Below the pieces are notes generated by a model that made no database searches, was not told where the DNA came from, and saw only the letters and a list, made by a program, of their open reading frames with translations. Shown here one piece after another: positions 10,713 to 21,609 of a stretch of DNA of 64,000 nucleotides; within the stretch, counting starts at the first letter, position 1; each line of letters opens with the position of its first letter. Source of the DNA: Ignavibacteriota bacterium (GTDB lineage: Bacteria; Bacteroidota; Ignavibacteria; UBA10030; CAVZMI01); NCBI GenBank assembly GCA_963776275.1, contig CAVZMI010000018.1, forward strand, positions 128,001 to 192,000, written 5' to 3'. The translations under genes and the position numbers were made by a program.

Positions 10713-11618
10713 CTATCGTGACAGAGAACTTAGGATAATTCGAGCTGGCATCCGAAATGGATTATTTCGTTCGTTAACCTGCAGAAAATACGATTCGGCT
10801 TTCTTGACATCACCAAGCATTAAAGAAGCCTTTCCGAGTGCAAAACGGCATCCATCCTGAAAATCGCGCCGGTGATCATCGTTCCTGCTTATCCGGATCG
10901 CGTTTTGAAGATAGCGCATACCGTCGAGAACGGTCGTATGATCATAGTGCGGAAAGAGATTTAATGGTGCCCGCTCGGCAGAGTGAAGTAATGCAATTCC
11001 GAGTAAATAATCGACTGTGGCTTCAGTCACCGAATCTAATCGTGTGCGGCCAACAGCCTGAAGCCGGTCAATGGCTTCGTCATATCGGCCTGACTGTAAC
11101 GCACCTATCGCTTCAACCGGGAGATTTTGTTCTCCCCTGAGAGCGAGAGACTCCTGACCTAATTTTGCGAGGGACACCGTTGCCGGCGTAGTAATCGAAC
11201 TTATCACCGCGGCCGCTCCATACAGACATGCCACGAGAACAATTGTTCCGACTGCGATGCGGATCGAAGGAACAGGAAGTATCTGTCGTACCCTTATCTG
11301 AAAAAGACCGATTGGCCCTTTCCGTGGCGCCGAAGTCAATATGCGCGGAATTTCTGTAGCACCGATTGACTCGACCATCCGATGATAATCGTTTTTCAAC
11401 TTCTCGAAGACTTTTTGCCAGTAGGGATCGGTCGAAAGAATTTGTTGGGCTTTTTTCCGCTCTTCATCCAGACAGAGTCGGAGCCGACCGCTCTCGTCAC
11501 TGCAATACCGCATGAGCAGATCCAGGATTTTCTCGTCGTCGGTTTGATAACAGAGGTCGTGCCTGAGAGCGTGGAGCCTTTGTTTATCTTCAGTTGTTTT
11601 TTTCATCCTATCAGACAT
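10713..11618 (-). CDS. Putative anti-sigma factor (N-terminal cytoplasmic part, one TM helix, C-terminal TPR)
   Basis: TM segment IAVGTIVLVACLYGAAAVI; TPR-like helices; lies between the ECF sigma and CHAT genes. Confidence 0.65.
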   Translation of the reverse strand: MSDRMKKTTEDKQRLHALRHDLCYQTDDEKILDLLMRYCSDESGRLRLCLDEERKKAQQILSTDPYWQKVFEKLKNDYHRMVESIGATEIPRILTSAPRKGPIGLFQIRVRQILPVPSIRIAVGTIVLVACLYGAAAVISSITTPATVSLAKLGQESLALRGEQNLPVEAIGALQSGRYDEAIDRLQAVGRTRLDSVTEATVDYLLGIALLHSAERAPLNLFPHYDHTTVLDGMRYLQNAIRISRNDDHRRDFQDGCRFALGKASLMLGDVKKAESYFLQVNERNNPFRMPARIILSSLSR

Positions 11619-11650
11619 TGATACTCCTTATTCATATCCATCGACCGCTC

Positions 11651-12242
11651 CTATATACTTGTCAGGAGAATATTCATCAAGGTTACAAGTTTGCGGGTAC
11701 GTCTCTGCAGTAACTGCACACCGCGGAACATCCGAATTTTCACATTTTGATACGAAATACCGAGAATTTCTGCAATCTCACTATACGATTTTCCTTCTAA
11801 GTAATGGAGCGTCAGTGTATCCCGGTACCGGCCGGGAATTTTTTTCAATTGTTCCAGGATGACCTTATAGCAATAGTTCATGGTGTTCATTATCATACAT
11901 GGCTGAATCTTCGCGTACCGCTCCGGTTTCTTCCGTAAGTTGCGTGAAACGCGATCGATTTGCGTATTTTAGCATGTAATAGTTTTTTGTGAGGAAGAAT
12001 GCTTTCCGCGCAACAAATGCCGCTACGCTTTCTTTACTTTGAATTTTCTGGTGGTTACGAAGGAACCAGATTAAAGTCTCTTGAATAATATCATCAATTG
12101 TGCCCGAGTCGTTAATGCGCCATGAAAGGCCTTTCTGTAATTCCTGCCGGAGTAGTTCACAAATCTCATTTGTGGCAGCTCGATCACCCCTCTGAACACG
12201 CGACAGAAGGCTGGTATATTTATCCTCAGGAAGATGCATCAC
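11651..12242 (-). CDS. ECF sigma-70 factor (frameshift at ~11870)
   Basis: Region 2 DDIIQETL; region 4 LHYLEGKSYSEIAEILGISYQNVKIRMFRG. Confidence 0.88.
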
Positions 12243-12496
12243 ATTGGTGAGTACTTGAATACGGTAAGAATTTCTTTGTTTTCATTCATAATATAAAATT
12301 AATTCGTGAAATATCAAAAAAAATATTGTATCTTCCGGAGTTGACGACTTGACAAATTAAAGGGAAAGTATTGGGAAAAGTTTCACAAATCCCCGAATTC
12401 TGGCATTAACACAGGTATAAATGTCATTCCGAAGGAAACATAAGCACAATATATAGATACCACCATTTAACAAACCTATCAGACGGAGCTACTAAA

Positions 12497-13375
12497 ATGA
12501 ATACACCCCAACAACAGTACGGCATGGGATGGCTTCCGGACTATCCCGATTTTCGCGATTTTTCGTCTACTCATGAGACAATTGCACCGTTGCTGAAAAC
12601 GATGAAAGCTAATCGTCCGGGAAAACAGGCTATTCAATCATCGGTGGATTTACGTCAGTGGTGCTCACCAGTCGAGGATCAAGGAGAACTGGGATCGTGC
12701 ACCGCAAATGCAGGTGCGGGAATAGTGGAATATTTCGAACGCCGTGCATTCGGAAAGCATATCAATGCTTCACGACTATTTCTCTATAAGGTTACACGAA
12801 ACCTTGCTCACCTTAAAGGAGATTCAGGTGCGTACCTTAGATCAACTATGGGAGCTCTAGTTCTCTTTGGAATTCCGCCGGAAGAGTACTGGCCTTATGT
12901 CGTTTCTGACTATGAGAAAGAACCTCCGGCATTCTGCTATGCCTTTGCACAAAATTATCAGGCAATAAAATATTATCGTCTTGATCCTCCAAACACAACC
13001 GTCGATGCTCTTCTGACCAGTATCAAGACGAATCTTGCATCGGGTCTTCCGTTAATTTTCGGATTTACTGTTTACAATTCGATCTCGCATGCTTCATCCA
13101 ACGGCAGGATTCCATTCCCCTCGGCGGGAGAAAAAGTGGCAGGCGGACATGCTGTCATGACCGTGGGATATAATGATGAAATGAAAATCCGAAATGAATC
13201 TCCCGGAGGTCAGGAGACAGTCGGAGCTCTCTTGATTCGAAATTCGTGGGGAACTGGATGGGGAGAGAAGGGGTACGGCTGGCTGCCCTATGAATATGTT
13301 TTGAAAGGATTAGCAATCGATTGGTGGTCGTTGATTAAAATGGAATGGATTGAGACTGATGGATTTAAATTATGA
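12497..13375 (+). CDS. Papain-family (C1A) cysteine protease
   Basis: VDLR, DQGELGSCTA (catalytic Cys), GGHAV (His), IRNSWG (Asn). Confidence 0.93.
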   Translation: MNTPQQQYGMGWLPDYPDFRDFSSTHETIAPLLKTMKANRPGKQAIQSSVDLRQWCSPVEDQGELGSCTANAGAGIVEYFERRAFGKHINASRLFLYKVTRNLAHLKGDSGAYLRSTMGALVLFGIPPEEYWPYVVSDYEKEPPAFCYAFAQNYQAIKYYRLDPPNTTVDALLTSIKTNLASGLPLIFGFTVYNSISHASSNGRIPFPSAGEKVAGGHAVMTVGYNDEMKIRNESPGGQETVGALLIRNSWGTGWGEKGYGWLPYEYVLKGLAIDWWSLIKMEWIETDGFKL

Positions 13376-13419
13376 TACAGCATCTTTTTATATTTACCGA
13401 TCAGAAAAAATAACGGCAG

Positions 13420-14008
13420 ATGAATATTCCAGAAATTCATCTTTTACTACCGCAATGGATCGAAAAGCTTGTTGATGATCGCGAGCTTCGGTATCGATCC
13501 ATTGAAGAACGAATGCACTTTGTTATCCGGTTGTCCCGGATGAACATCGAGAGGGGGACAGGTGGTCCATTTGGCGCGGTTGTGTTCAACACAACTGCAG
13601 GCACACTCCTTGCTGCAGGCGTTAATATCGTTGTCCCTTCCGGTTGTTCCGTCGCTAACGGTGAAATGATGGCGATGATGCTGGCACAAAAAATTCTTCA
13701 GCATTATGATCTGGGAGGCGAAGGGCAGCCGCAATGTCAGCTTGTGACTTCGACGGAACCGTGCGCAATGTGTCTTGGCGCCATTCCATGGTCGGGCGTC
13801 AGAAGCCTCGTATGCGGTGCACGCGACGAGGATGCCCGTGCAATTGGATTTGATGAAGGTCCGAAAAATTCCGACATGGAAAGAGGAGTTGGAAAAGCGT
13901 GGAATCGTTGTGATCCGGGACGTATGTCGTGAAGAGGCGAGGGCCGTGCTCCAAGATTATGAAGCACGAGGCGGCCTGATTTATAATAGTCGGCAGGGAA
14001 AATCATAG
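13420..14008 (+). CDS. Nucleoside/guanine deaminase family protein (frameshift at ~13865)
   Basis: GGPFGA and STEPCAMC; the HxE motif reads NGE. Confidence 0.85.
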
Positions 14009-14236
14009 ATAGAATTTTTTGATATTCTTCTATTTGGCGCCGATTGTCTCCGACTTTTGTCAGGTTAAGCGTCCGCCCGACAGAGGCCGGACTGGTTGGT
14101 ATGAGGAATGATAGTAGAAATCGGCATTTTCAATAATGAACCTTCTCCTCCTTTCGATTGTCGGCCATGCTGACACTTTACACGATGCAAATCGGGGACT
14201 TGTCTCTTCTAATAATTACATTCTAGGAGGAATGTC

Positions 14237-14869
14237 ATGCAAAATCCAACCACAGTCTCTCAAAAAGTAGGGATAATATTATTCAGCATTGGCGCAATGT
14301 ATATGATCATCATGGGATGGTTGTTATCATGGTGGGTCGTGCCCGCGATTAGAGAAGGTGGCGTTGTAAATCTTCCCGGCCAGCTCTTCTTCTTTTTATG
14401 GAGCCTATCAACCCCACTGGGGGCGCTCCTTGTCACGATTGGTGCCGCAATGATGAGCCGGGTTGACCGGCGCCGCATATGGTTCATTCTTGGCGGCTTT
14501 GCGGTTGTGATCGCGTGGTTCATCATGGGAAGTACATCCCGGGTTATTCCCACACTTTTCGGTGTCGGTGGGGGATTGATTATGCTCTTTTTCCTGGGAA
14601 TGGTACTGGATTGGGTCAGGGATCGTCAGGCACTTTCAGACACTGAGAAATTGGGGGCAGATCTGCGAATCGTCGGTATGGTGTTTTTCCTTATTGCAGC
14701 CTGGTTTCTCTGCGGATTACTGGGAGCTCCTGTTTATCTATTACGTCCCGAGCTTCATGTTGAATCCGGCGGCGGTAGCTCTCTGGCTTCGACCATACTT
14801 ATCTGCCTCACTCTGGGATGGGGCTTTACATACTTTGGGAACCGTATATCCATGCGAAAGAAAGGATAG
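14237..14869 (+). CDS. Hypothetical multi-pass membrane protein
   Basis: About 6 hydrophobic segments; strong AGGAGG RBS. Confidence 0.75.
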   Translation: MQNPTTVSQKVGIILFSIGAMYMIIMGWLLSWWVVPAIREGGVVNLPGQLFFFLWSLSTPLGALLVTIGAAMMSRVDRRRIWFILGGFAVVIAWFIMGSTSRVIPTLFGVGGGLIMLFFLGMVLDWVRDRQALSDTEKLGADLRIVGMVFFLIAAWFLCGLLGAPVYLLRPELHVESGGGSSLASTILICLTLGWGFTYFGNRISMRKKG

Positions 14870-14872
14870 GAT

Positions 14873-15286
14873 TTGCCTGAAGAAATATTTTTAAATCAGT
14901 CCAAACAGCCCGGCGAAAGTGATCTACAAGTAAGATTGGCCCGGTCATTTCGATTGCTTGACGATACTATCCGGGGCATTCATTCGGAATATCAAGGCAT
15001 ATCGTTTGATTGGAAATTCTCAAAGTTATCTGGATGGTATCTTGTCTATAACAGAAAGAAAAAGCGCCTTTTTTATCTATTTCCTTCAGACGATGATTTT
15101 ACTTGTAAGATTGTTTTCAACGATAAGTCTCTCCAGAAGATTAAGGATGGATCGTTTCCATCGTATATTCTCGATATGATCCAGAACGCGAAGAAGTACG
15201 CTGAAGGGACACTTTGTGTGTTTAATAAAAACAATTTCAAAGTCAAAACAATGATGGCATTACTGAGAATAAAAATCGAGAACTGA
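14873..15286 (+). CDS. DUF3788-like protein
   Basis: WKFSKLSGW..KKKRLFYLFP and AKKYAEG pattern. Confidence 0.6.
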   Translation: MPEEIFLNQSKQPGESDLQVRLARSFRLLDDTIRGIHSEYQGISFDWKFSKLSGWYLVYNRKKKRLFYLFPSDDDFTCKIVFNDKSLQKIKDGSFPSYILDMIQNAKKYAEGTLCVFNKNNFKVKTMMALLRIKIEN

Positions 15287-15383
15287 TCCACCATTATGCG
15301 CTATACCTTTGGTTGCCCACCGACGAGTCTATCGGAAGGTATTCGTTGTGTCGCCCCCACCTTATTGATTCGACATCTCCTCG

Positions 15384-15761
15384 CTACTGCACGGTAATTG
15401 TACCCACCATCATTGGGTGGTATATGCAATGATAGGGAAATGTTCCCGGTGTATCATAGATAGTCGTTTTGCTCGCCCCCGGCGCTATATCACCGGTATT
15501 CCAAACGCTTGTATTACTTGTAGAAGTATGGGTAATGCTGGAATTGTTGTACCTTGTGATTGTCGTGTGCTTCGCGATTGTCGGGCTTGCAGGAGTAAAG
15601 ATATTTCCAGCCATTGCAATTGTGAGTGTAAGTGTGTCCACACTTGTGTTTGGGGTTTGAGTGGTACTAGGCCCCGTTGAATTGTCATTGCATCCGCTTG
15701 GAAGCACGATGAGAGCTGCACTTAACAGCAAAAGGGAAAAAAGAACAGAGTATCTTATCAT
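15384..15761 (-). CDS. Cupredoxin (plastocyanin/amicyanin-like) lipoprotein
   Basis: Lipobox PSGC; type-1 Cu ligands H..YHCIYHPMM. Confidence 0.85.
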   Translation of the reverse strand: MIRYSVLFSLLLLSAALIVLPSGCNDNSTGPSTTQTPNTSVDTLTLTIAMAGNIFTPASPTIAKHTTITRYNNSSITHTSTSNTSVWNTGDIAPGASKTTIYDTPGTFPYHCIYHPMMVGTITVQ

Positions 15762-15965
15762 ACCGCATCTCCTTATAATTAGACTTGATTTATATATCCA
15801 ATAACGTCTTTTCAGGAATCCCGGTTCCTTTGTTAGATTCTCCCCGACATGCTTGTTCTGAAAATCCACAGTTTGCAAATCAAGCGATATTTGGCTATTT
15901 TTTGATGGACATTACATATTCCACTGCATACGAAAAGACATTATCATGATAAATAATTCAAGAAG

Positions 15966-16763
15966 GTGAAAACTCCGTACGTTATCTATCATCCATTAGA
16001 AGAAATCCAGGCTGTCGACACACACGGTCAAGGCTGGAGAGGAGAAACGGTACAGGAGGGCATCGACCTTTGCCGGTATCGTCTCATTGAGCCGTTTTTT
16101 CAAAATTATCTCCCGAGGGATGGGAAAATATTGGAAGCAGGATGCGGTCTTGGAGGCTGGGTCTTTTTTCTACGCAATATCGGCTATGACGTTGTGGGAA
16201 TCGAATTGTCTAAGGATGCGATCCGGATGGTCAGAGAGTATAACCCCGACGCTCCGGTATTGATGGACAATGTTCTTGGAACGAATTTTCCCGACAAGCA
16301 TTTCGATGCGGTAATCTCTCTCGGACTTCTTGAACATTTTGAGGAAGGGCCCCAACTTGCATTTCGGGAAATCCGTAGAATTCTCAAAGACAATGGTACA
16401 TTCTTTGTAACTGTGCCGATCCAGAATATGAACAGAAGACTAGTGGCGAATCCACTGAAAGAATTCAAGCGCTGGCTCAGAAAACGCGGCGGTGTTAAGT
16501 ATGCCTTTGAAGAGTATCGTTATACAGTTTCAGAGTTTTCGGATTTACTGAAGGACGCAGACTATGAAATACTGGTATGCGTTCCGGACGAATATCAGCG
16601 TCCCAGGTGCATTGGATTATTTGTCGATTATCCCTTCCTGCGCCACAGAAAGAATAAATGGGAGTTGAACTGGATCGGTAATATGCTTAATGCAGTATTG
16701 AGTTCTCTCTCTCCCTGGTTGACAACCGGTGGAGCACTCTGGATATGTCGGAAGAAAGGATGA
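15966..16763 (+). CDS. Class I SAM-dependent methyltransferase
   Basis: ILEAGCGLG; FDAVISLGLLEH. Confidence 0.9.
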   Translation: MKTPYVIYHPLEEIQAVDTHGQGWRGETVQEGIDLCRYRLIEPFFQNYLPRDGKILEAGCGLGGWVFFLRNIGYDVVGIELSKDAIRMVREYNPDAPVLMDNVLGTNFPDKHFDAVISLGLLEHFEEGPQLAFREIRRILKDNGTFFVTVPIQNMNRRLVANPLKEFKRWLRKRGGVKYAFEEYRYTVSEFSDLLKDADYEILVCVPDEYQRPRCIGLFVDYPFLRHRKNKWELNWIGNMLNAVLSSLSPWLTTGGALWICRKKG

Positions 16764-16925
16764 TGTTAAAAAAGCCGGTGATTCACTACGATAACTTCTG
16801 TCGCTTGTTAAATATGAAATTCTTGCAGTACTCGCTTCAAACTCTCTCGTATATATATGTAAAGTCGATTTGCCTGAATAGTTAGAAATCTTTATACTTT
16901 TATTCAAAATAAGAAGTGATAGGAA

Positions 16926-17867
16926 ATGCCACGAACAATCTTCTTCATAGTCGCCGGTCTGTTTCTGCTGATATTACTGGCGGTTTGGTTGTATACTGGG
17001 GGTGGTCGGTTTTTGCACCGCTCGACCCGGGCGCTGTTTCGCAAACTTGGCTTCCGCCGATTGCTCAGACTTAAAGCCCTTCATGCATACGTCTATGGCC
17101 GCTGGACGAACCAGTATATTTATATTCTCTTAAAATGGATTCTTCCTCGTCTTAGTCCTCAGGGAAGGAAATGGTGGTCGGATCGGTATCACGGCAAGGT
17201 GATTACGCACGATCAGGCCAAAGCAATCATTACAATTGACAAAAAGATACCTCTTCGAGACCTCGAGCAAATAATCCCTTACCCGACGGCGCGGGATCTC
17301 GTGATCAAGGGTCCACCCGAAGTCGTCGTATTCGAATGCGCTTGCCGTCATGCTCGTGAGAATCCATGTCAGCCGACGCAGGTATGCATGGTCATAGGTC
17401 AGCCGTTTGCAAATTTCATCCTGCAGCATAAACCCGAGACCAGCCGTCGCCTTACGCAGGCTGAAGCACTAGAACTTCTACGGGCCGAGTACGAACGCGG
17501 CCACCTACACTCAGCCTGGTTCAAAGATGCTCTGCTGAACCGGTTTTACGCTATATGTAACTGCTGTAAATGCTGCTGTGGAGGCATTGAAGCCATGACA
17601 AAATATGGTACACCTATGATGGCTTCCTCAGGCTTTGTGTCACAGGTAGACAGGGACCTTTGTACTTACTGTGATATTTGTGTGAACGCTTGTCCATTTG
17701 ATGCACTTATAGACGGCGACGTACCCACCGTCAACTGGGAGAAGTGTATGGGTTGCGGTGTCTGTGTGGGGCAGTGCGCACCCGGGGCTATCACATTAAT
17801 TCGCGACGAACGCAAAGGTATTCCACTGGATGTTCGATTGATGGCACAGGAGCATATCATGAAGTGA
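16926..17867 (+). CDS. Membrane-anchored 4Fe-4S dicluster protein
   Basis: CACR, ICNCCKCCCG, two CxxCxxCxxxC motifs; N-terminal TM helix. Confidence 0.85.
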   Translation: MPRTIFFIVAGLFLLILLAVWLYTGGGRFLHRSTRALFRKLGFRRLLRLKALHAYVYGRWTNQYIYILLKWILPRLSPQGRKWWSDRYHGKVITHDQAKAIITIDKKIPLRDLEQIIPYPTARDLVIKGPPEVVVFECACRHARENPCQPTQVCMVIGQPFANFILQHKPETSRRLTQAEALELLRAEYERGHLHSAWFKDALLNRFYAICNCCKCCCGGIEAMTKYGTPMMASSGFVSQVDRDLCTYCDICVNACPFDALIDGDVPTVNWEKCMGCGVCVGQCAPGAITLIRDERKGIPLDVRLMAQEHIMK

Positions 17868-17990
17868 TCAATTATTATCAAAAGGAAAATGTGTTTATAT
17901 TTTAACAACAGAAAAATAATATTATAAACTCACGAAGATTTTATATAAAGAATGATCGAAATAGCATGATTGCAGAACAAAGAAGAAAAA

Positions 17991-18539
17991 ATGGAAATCA
18001 ATATCCTTGATAAAAAAACTTTGCCTGATGAAGCTCTCCATTCTATCATAGATCTGTTAATACAGATATGGCCGTCTAAAAATGGAATTGATAATGTCAC
18101 AGATAGAACCAAATCATATATGAAAGAAAATTCAACTCATTTTAATAAAGTAATATTATTATGGGAAGATCATACTGTAGCAGGTCATGCAGAAATTTTT
18201 GATAGGGAAATATTTAGCAATAATAGAAAAATACGCAATATGGCTTTAGGCGGTGTTTGTGTGCGACCATCTTATAGAGGAAAAGATTTTGGGAAGATCG
18301 TAGTACAAAAAGCTTTTCACTATGTTGATATCGGTCAATTTGAGTGTTCTGTTTTTCAGACAAATATACCGCAATTTTATGATAAATTAGGAGCAAGGAT
18401 AATTCATAATAAATTCTTTAATTCTCAGAATAAGAGTAATGATGTAACAATTCCGAATTGGGGCCCTTATATCATGGTATATCCCAAAGAATATGCATTT
18501 GATAATTTCGAAATTGATTTGAATGGGAACGGATATTAA
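17991..18539 (+). CDS. GNAT family acetyltransferase (AT-rich)
   Basis: LGGVCVRPSYRGKDFG; FYDKLG. Confidence 0.82.
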   Translation: MEINILDKKTLPDEALHSIIDLLIQIWPSKNGIDNVTDRTKSYMKENSTHFNKVILLWEDHTVAGHAEIFDREIFSNNRKIRNMALGGVCVRPSYRGKDFGKIVVQKAFHYVDIGQFECSVFQTNIPQFYDKLGARIIHNKFFNSQNKSNDVTIPNWGPYIMVYPKEYAFDNFEIDLNGNGY

Positions 18540-18618
18540 TTCCCGAATCGTTTATTCTATGGAGCAGGACTATAAATTTGTAAATAACTCTTAGGATTTT
18601 ACAAAAACAGAGGAAATC

Positions 18619-21609
18619 ATGATGAAGACTGCACAAAGAATCATGTTCTATCTCGTAATTCTCGCGATAATATGTTCTTCCGTTTATGCCGGCGAATATA
18701 CAAAAGGAGAAATTTATCAAGGGTTCAAACTTCTTGAAAAACGTTTTGTTAAAGAAGTGAATTCCGAATGTCTATACTTCGAACATGTAAAGAGCGGTGC
18801 CCGTCTTCTGAAAATAGCCTCCGATGATCCCAATAAAACATTCAGTATCGCATTTAAGACGGATCCGGAATCCAACGATGGGACTCCCCACATCATGGAA
18901 CATTGCGTTCTGAACGGATCAAAGAACTTTCCTGTCAAAAGTCCGTTCGACCAGCTATCGAAAGGGTCTCTCGTCACATTCTTAAATGCCCTCACCGGCG
19001 ACGAGGTTACATGCTATCCGTTCGCGAGCATGAACGACAAGGATTATTTTAACGTGATGCACGTTTATCTTGACGCAGTGTTCAATCCGCTTATCGACAG
19101 TGATCCCCGTATATTAAAACAGGAAGGCTGGCATCATGAGCTGGATTCATTGAATGGCCCCGTTGTTTATAAAGGCGTCGTCTATAACGAAATGAAGGGC
19201 GCTTATTCCAATCCGGTACGTGAATTGAATTATCAGGTTAATAAAAATCTCTTCCCCGATAATGGCTATCACTTTACGGCGGGCGGGTATCCGTCATCCA
19301 TTCCAAAGTTAACGTACGATATGTTCGTGGAATACCATAAAAAATATTATCATCCAGCAAACAGTTACATCATGCTGTACGGAAATGCAGACCTTGATAA
19401 AGAGCTTACATTCATCGATGCTGAATATCTCTCGAAATATGATAAAACAGCCTGCCCGGTCGTTTTCCCGCTTCAAAAGCCTTTTACCGTGATGAAAGAG
19501 GTCATAGCGTTATATTCAATTCCGGAGGGGAGCAAGTCTGAAAATCAAACGTATCTCGCTTTTAGTGTTGTTGCCGGACTTAATACAGATAGGGCAACGA
19601 CAATGGGCCTTAATATATTGTCTGACTTACTCGTTAATCAGGAAGCTGCACCGATACGGCTGGCTCTGCAAAACGCCGGCATAGGGCAGGATGTGAGTGC
19701 CAGTGTGGATGAAATTGAACAGAATGTCTTTCAGATCGTGGTACAGAATGCAAATCCTGCCGATAAGCAGAAATTCCGTGACATTGTTATGACAACACTA
19801 CAAGATGTGGTGCAAAAAGGTCTCGGTAAAAAGGCGATTGAAGGCGCAATCAACCGGACGGAATTCCAGCTTCGGGAAGGGAATGATGCCCAGAAAGGAA
19901 TAACCTATGATTTACAGATTCTCCCTGGTTGGTTATTTGCCGATGATCCATTCCTGACGCTTGAATATGAAAAACCGCTGGCAATAGTCAAGACTGCTCT
20001 CGACAGTAAATACCTGGAATCGATTATTCGGAAATACATACTTGATAACCCGCATGCACTTCTCCTGGTACTTGAACCTAAACCGGGTATGGAGAAAGAG
20101 AATATTGCAGCAGCGGAGAAAGAACTGCAGGAGTACAAAGCTTCTCTCTCTGAAAAGGGGAAGGAAGACCTTGTAAAGGAGACACAGGATTTAATCGAAT
20201 ATCAGAAACGTGAAGATACGCCCGAAGCGGTTGCAACGATTCCACTGCTGGAGCGCAAAGATATCAATCCTAAAGCGACGTGGTATGCGGTGCAGGATCA
20301 GCGCGTTGCAGGTGTCCCCGTTCTGTATCATGAGGAATTTACGAACGGCGTTGTATATACGAACATGATGTTCGATGTCCGGGTTTTACCGGCAGAATTG
20401 ATTCCATACGCTGCGCTGCTTGCGGAAGTCGTGGGAAGTCAAAACACCGACAATTATTCATTTGGCGATCTGGATGTGGCATTGAATATCAATACAGGCG
20501 GATTTAATGCATTCCTTTTAACGTACCTCGAAAATCAGAACGATTCGGCGATGATGCCGAAATTCGTGGTGAATGCAAAGGTCATGAATACCAAGGTTGA
20601 TAAATTGTTCGATCTGCTTAATGAGATTGTCAACCACACACGCTATGCCGATACTGCCCGACTTAAAGCAATCATCATACGGCATCAGGCACGCCTTGAT
20701 GCCCAAGTGAAAAGTAACGGATATAGATACGCTCGTACTCGTCTCCTTTCGTATTTTACCAATGCGGGGATGATAGCTGAATTGACAGGCGGATTTGAAT
20801 ATTATTGGTTCATCTCGGAGTTGGCAGCAAATGTTGACCAAAAAGCCTCAGAGATCGGTGAGAAGCTTGCCAGAACTGCGTCGCTGTTGTTCAGGAAGGG
20901 AAACCTGATTGCTACGGTGACATGCGGTAAGAATGATTTACCCGTTATTATAAAGGAACTACCAAAGTTTGCTAATGCTCTTCCGGCAGGGACCGGGGAA
21001 TTTAAAGAGTGGAAATTTACATTTGAGAAGAAAAATGAGGGGTTCCTGACCGCATCGAAGGTTCAATATGTTATAAAAGGATATGATTTCAAAAAACTTG
21101 GATATTTATGGAACGGGAAGATCAATGTGCTGAGTCAGATACTCTCTTCCGATTGGCTCCAGACGCGTGTTCGGGTAGTCGGAGGAGCATATGGTGTATT
21201 TAGTTCGCTTGCACGGAACGGAAGAGTCGTATTCGGTTCATATCGCGATCCGAATTTGAAAGAAACATTGGAAAATTTCGATGCGATCCCCGAGTATCTC
21301 GATAAACTCGAAGTCAGCGATAAGGATATGACGAGATATATCATCGGCACCATCGCCGATTTGGATAATCCGCTGACGCCTTCACAGAAAGGCGATGCCG
21401 CCGCAAGATATTACCTGGAGAAATATACTCCGGAAGTTCTCCAGCATGACCGTGATGATGTGATCAACACAACTCTCGGCGATGTAAAGGGAATGAAGAA
21501 AATGGTCGCAGATATTTTGAATCAGAAAGTCATCTGTGTCTATGGCAACGAAGAGAAAATTACGCAGCAAAAGGATCTCTTTGGAAAAATCCAAAAATTG
21601 AGTCGCTGA
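18619..21609 (+). CDS. Insulinase-family (M16C, presequence protease-like) metallopeptidase with signal peptide
   Basis: HIMEH inverted zincin motif; GVVYNEMKG, YYHPANS, GGAYG, SYRDPN. Confidence 0.93.
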   Translation: MMKTAQRIMFYLVILAIICSSVYAGEYTKGEIYQGFKLLEKRFVKEVNSECLYFEHVKSGARLLKIASDDPNKTFSIAFKTDPESNDGTPHIMEHCVLNGSKNFPVKSPFDQLSKGSLVTFLNALTGDEVTCYPFASMNDKDYFNVMHVYLDAVFNPLIDSDPRILKQEGWHHELDSLNGPVVYKGVVYNEMKGAYSNPVRELNYQVNKNLFPDNGYHFTAGGYPSSIPKLTYDMFVEYHKKYYHPANSYIMLYGNADLDKELTFIDAEYLSKYDKTACPVVFPLQKPFTVMKEVIALYSIPEGSKSENQTYLAFSVVAGLNTDRATTMGLNILSDLLVNQEAAPIRLALQNAGIGQDVSASVDEIEQNVFQIVVQNANPADKQKFRDIVMTTLQDVVQKGLGKKAIEGAINRTEFQLREGNDAQKGITYDLQILPGWLFADDPFLTLEYEKPLAIVKTALDSKYLESIIRKYILDNPHALLLVLEPKPGMEKENIAAAEKELQEYKASLSEKGKEDLVKETQDLIEYQKREDTPEAVATIPLLERKDINPKATWYAVQDQRVAGVPVLYHEEFTNGVVYTNMMFDVRVLPAELIPYAALLAEVVGSQNTDNYSFGDLDVALNINTGGFNAFLLTYLENQNDSAMMPKFVVNAKVMNTKVDKLFDLLNEIVNHTRYADTARLKAIIIRHQARLDAQVKSNGYRYARTRLLSYFTNAGMIAELTGGFEYYWFISELAANVDQKASEIGEKLARTASLLFRKGNLIATVTCGKNDLPVIIKELPKFANALPAGTGEFKEWKFTFEKKNEGFLTASKVQYVIKGYDFKKLGYLWNGKINVLSQILSSDWLQTRVRVVGGAYGVFSSLARNGRVVFGSYRDPNLKETLENFDAIPEYLDKLEVSDKDMTRYIIGTIADLDNPLTPSQKGDAAARYYLEKYTPEVLQHDRDDVINTTLGDVKGMKKMVADILNQKVICVYGNEEKITQQKDLFGKIQKLSR

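Noticed and set aside
14030-14230. Riboswitch or tRNA in the GC-richer intergenic stretch
   Set aside because: No cloverleaf or known aptamer motif recognised
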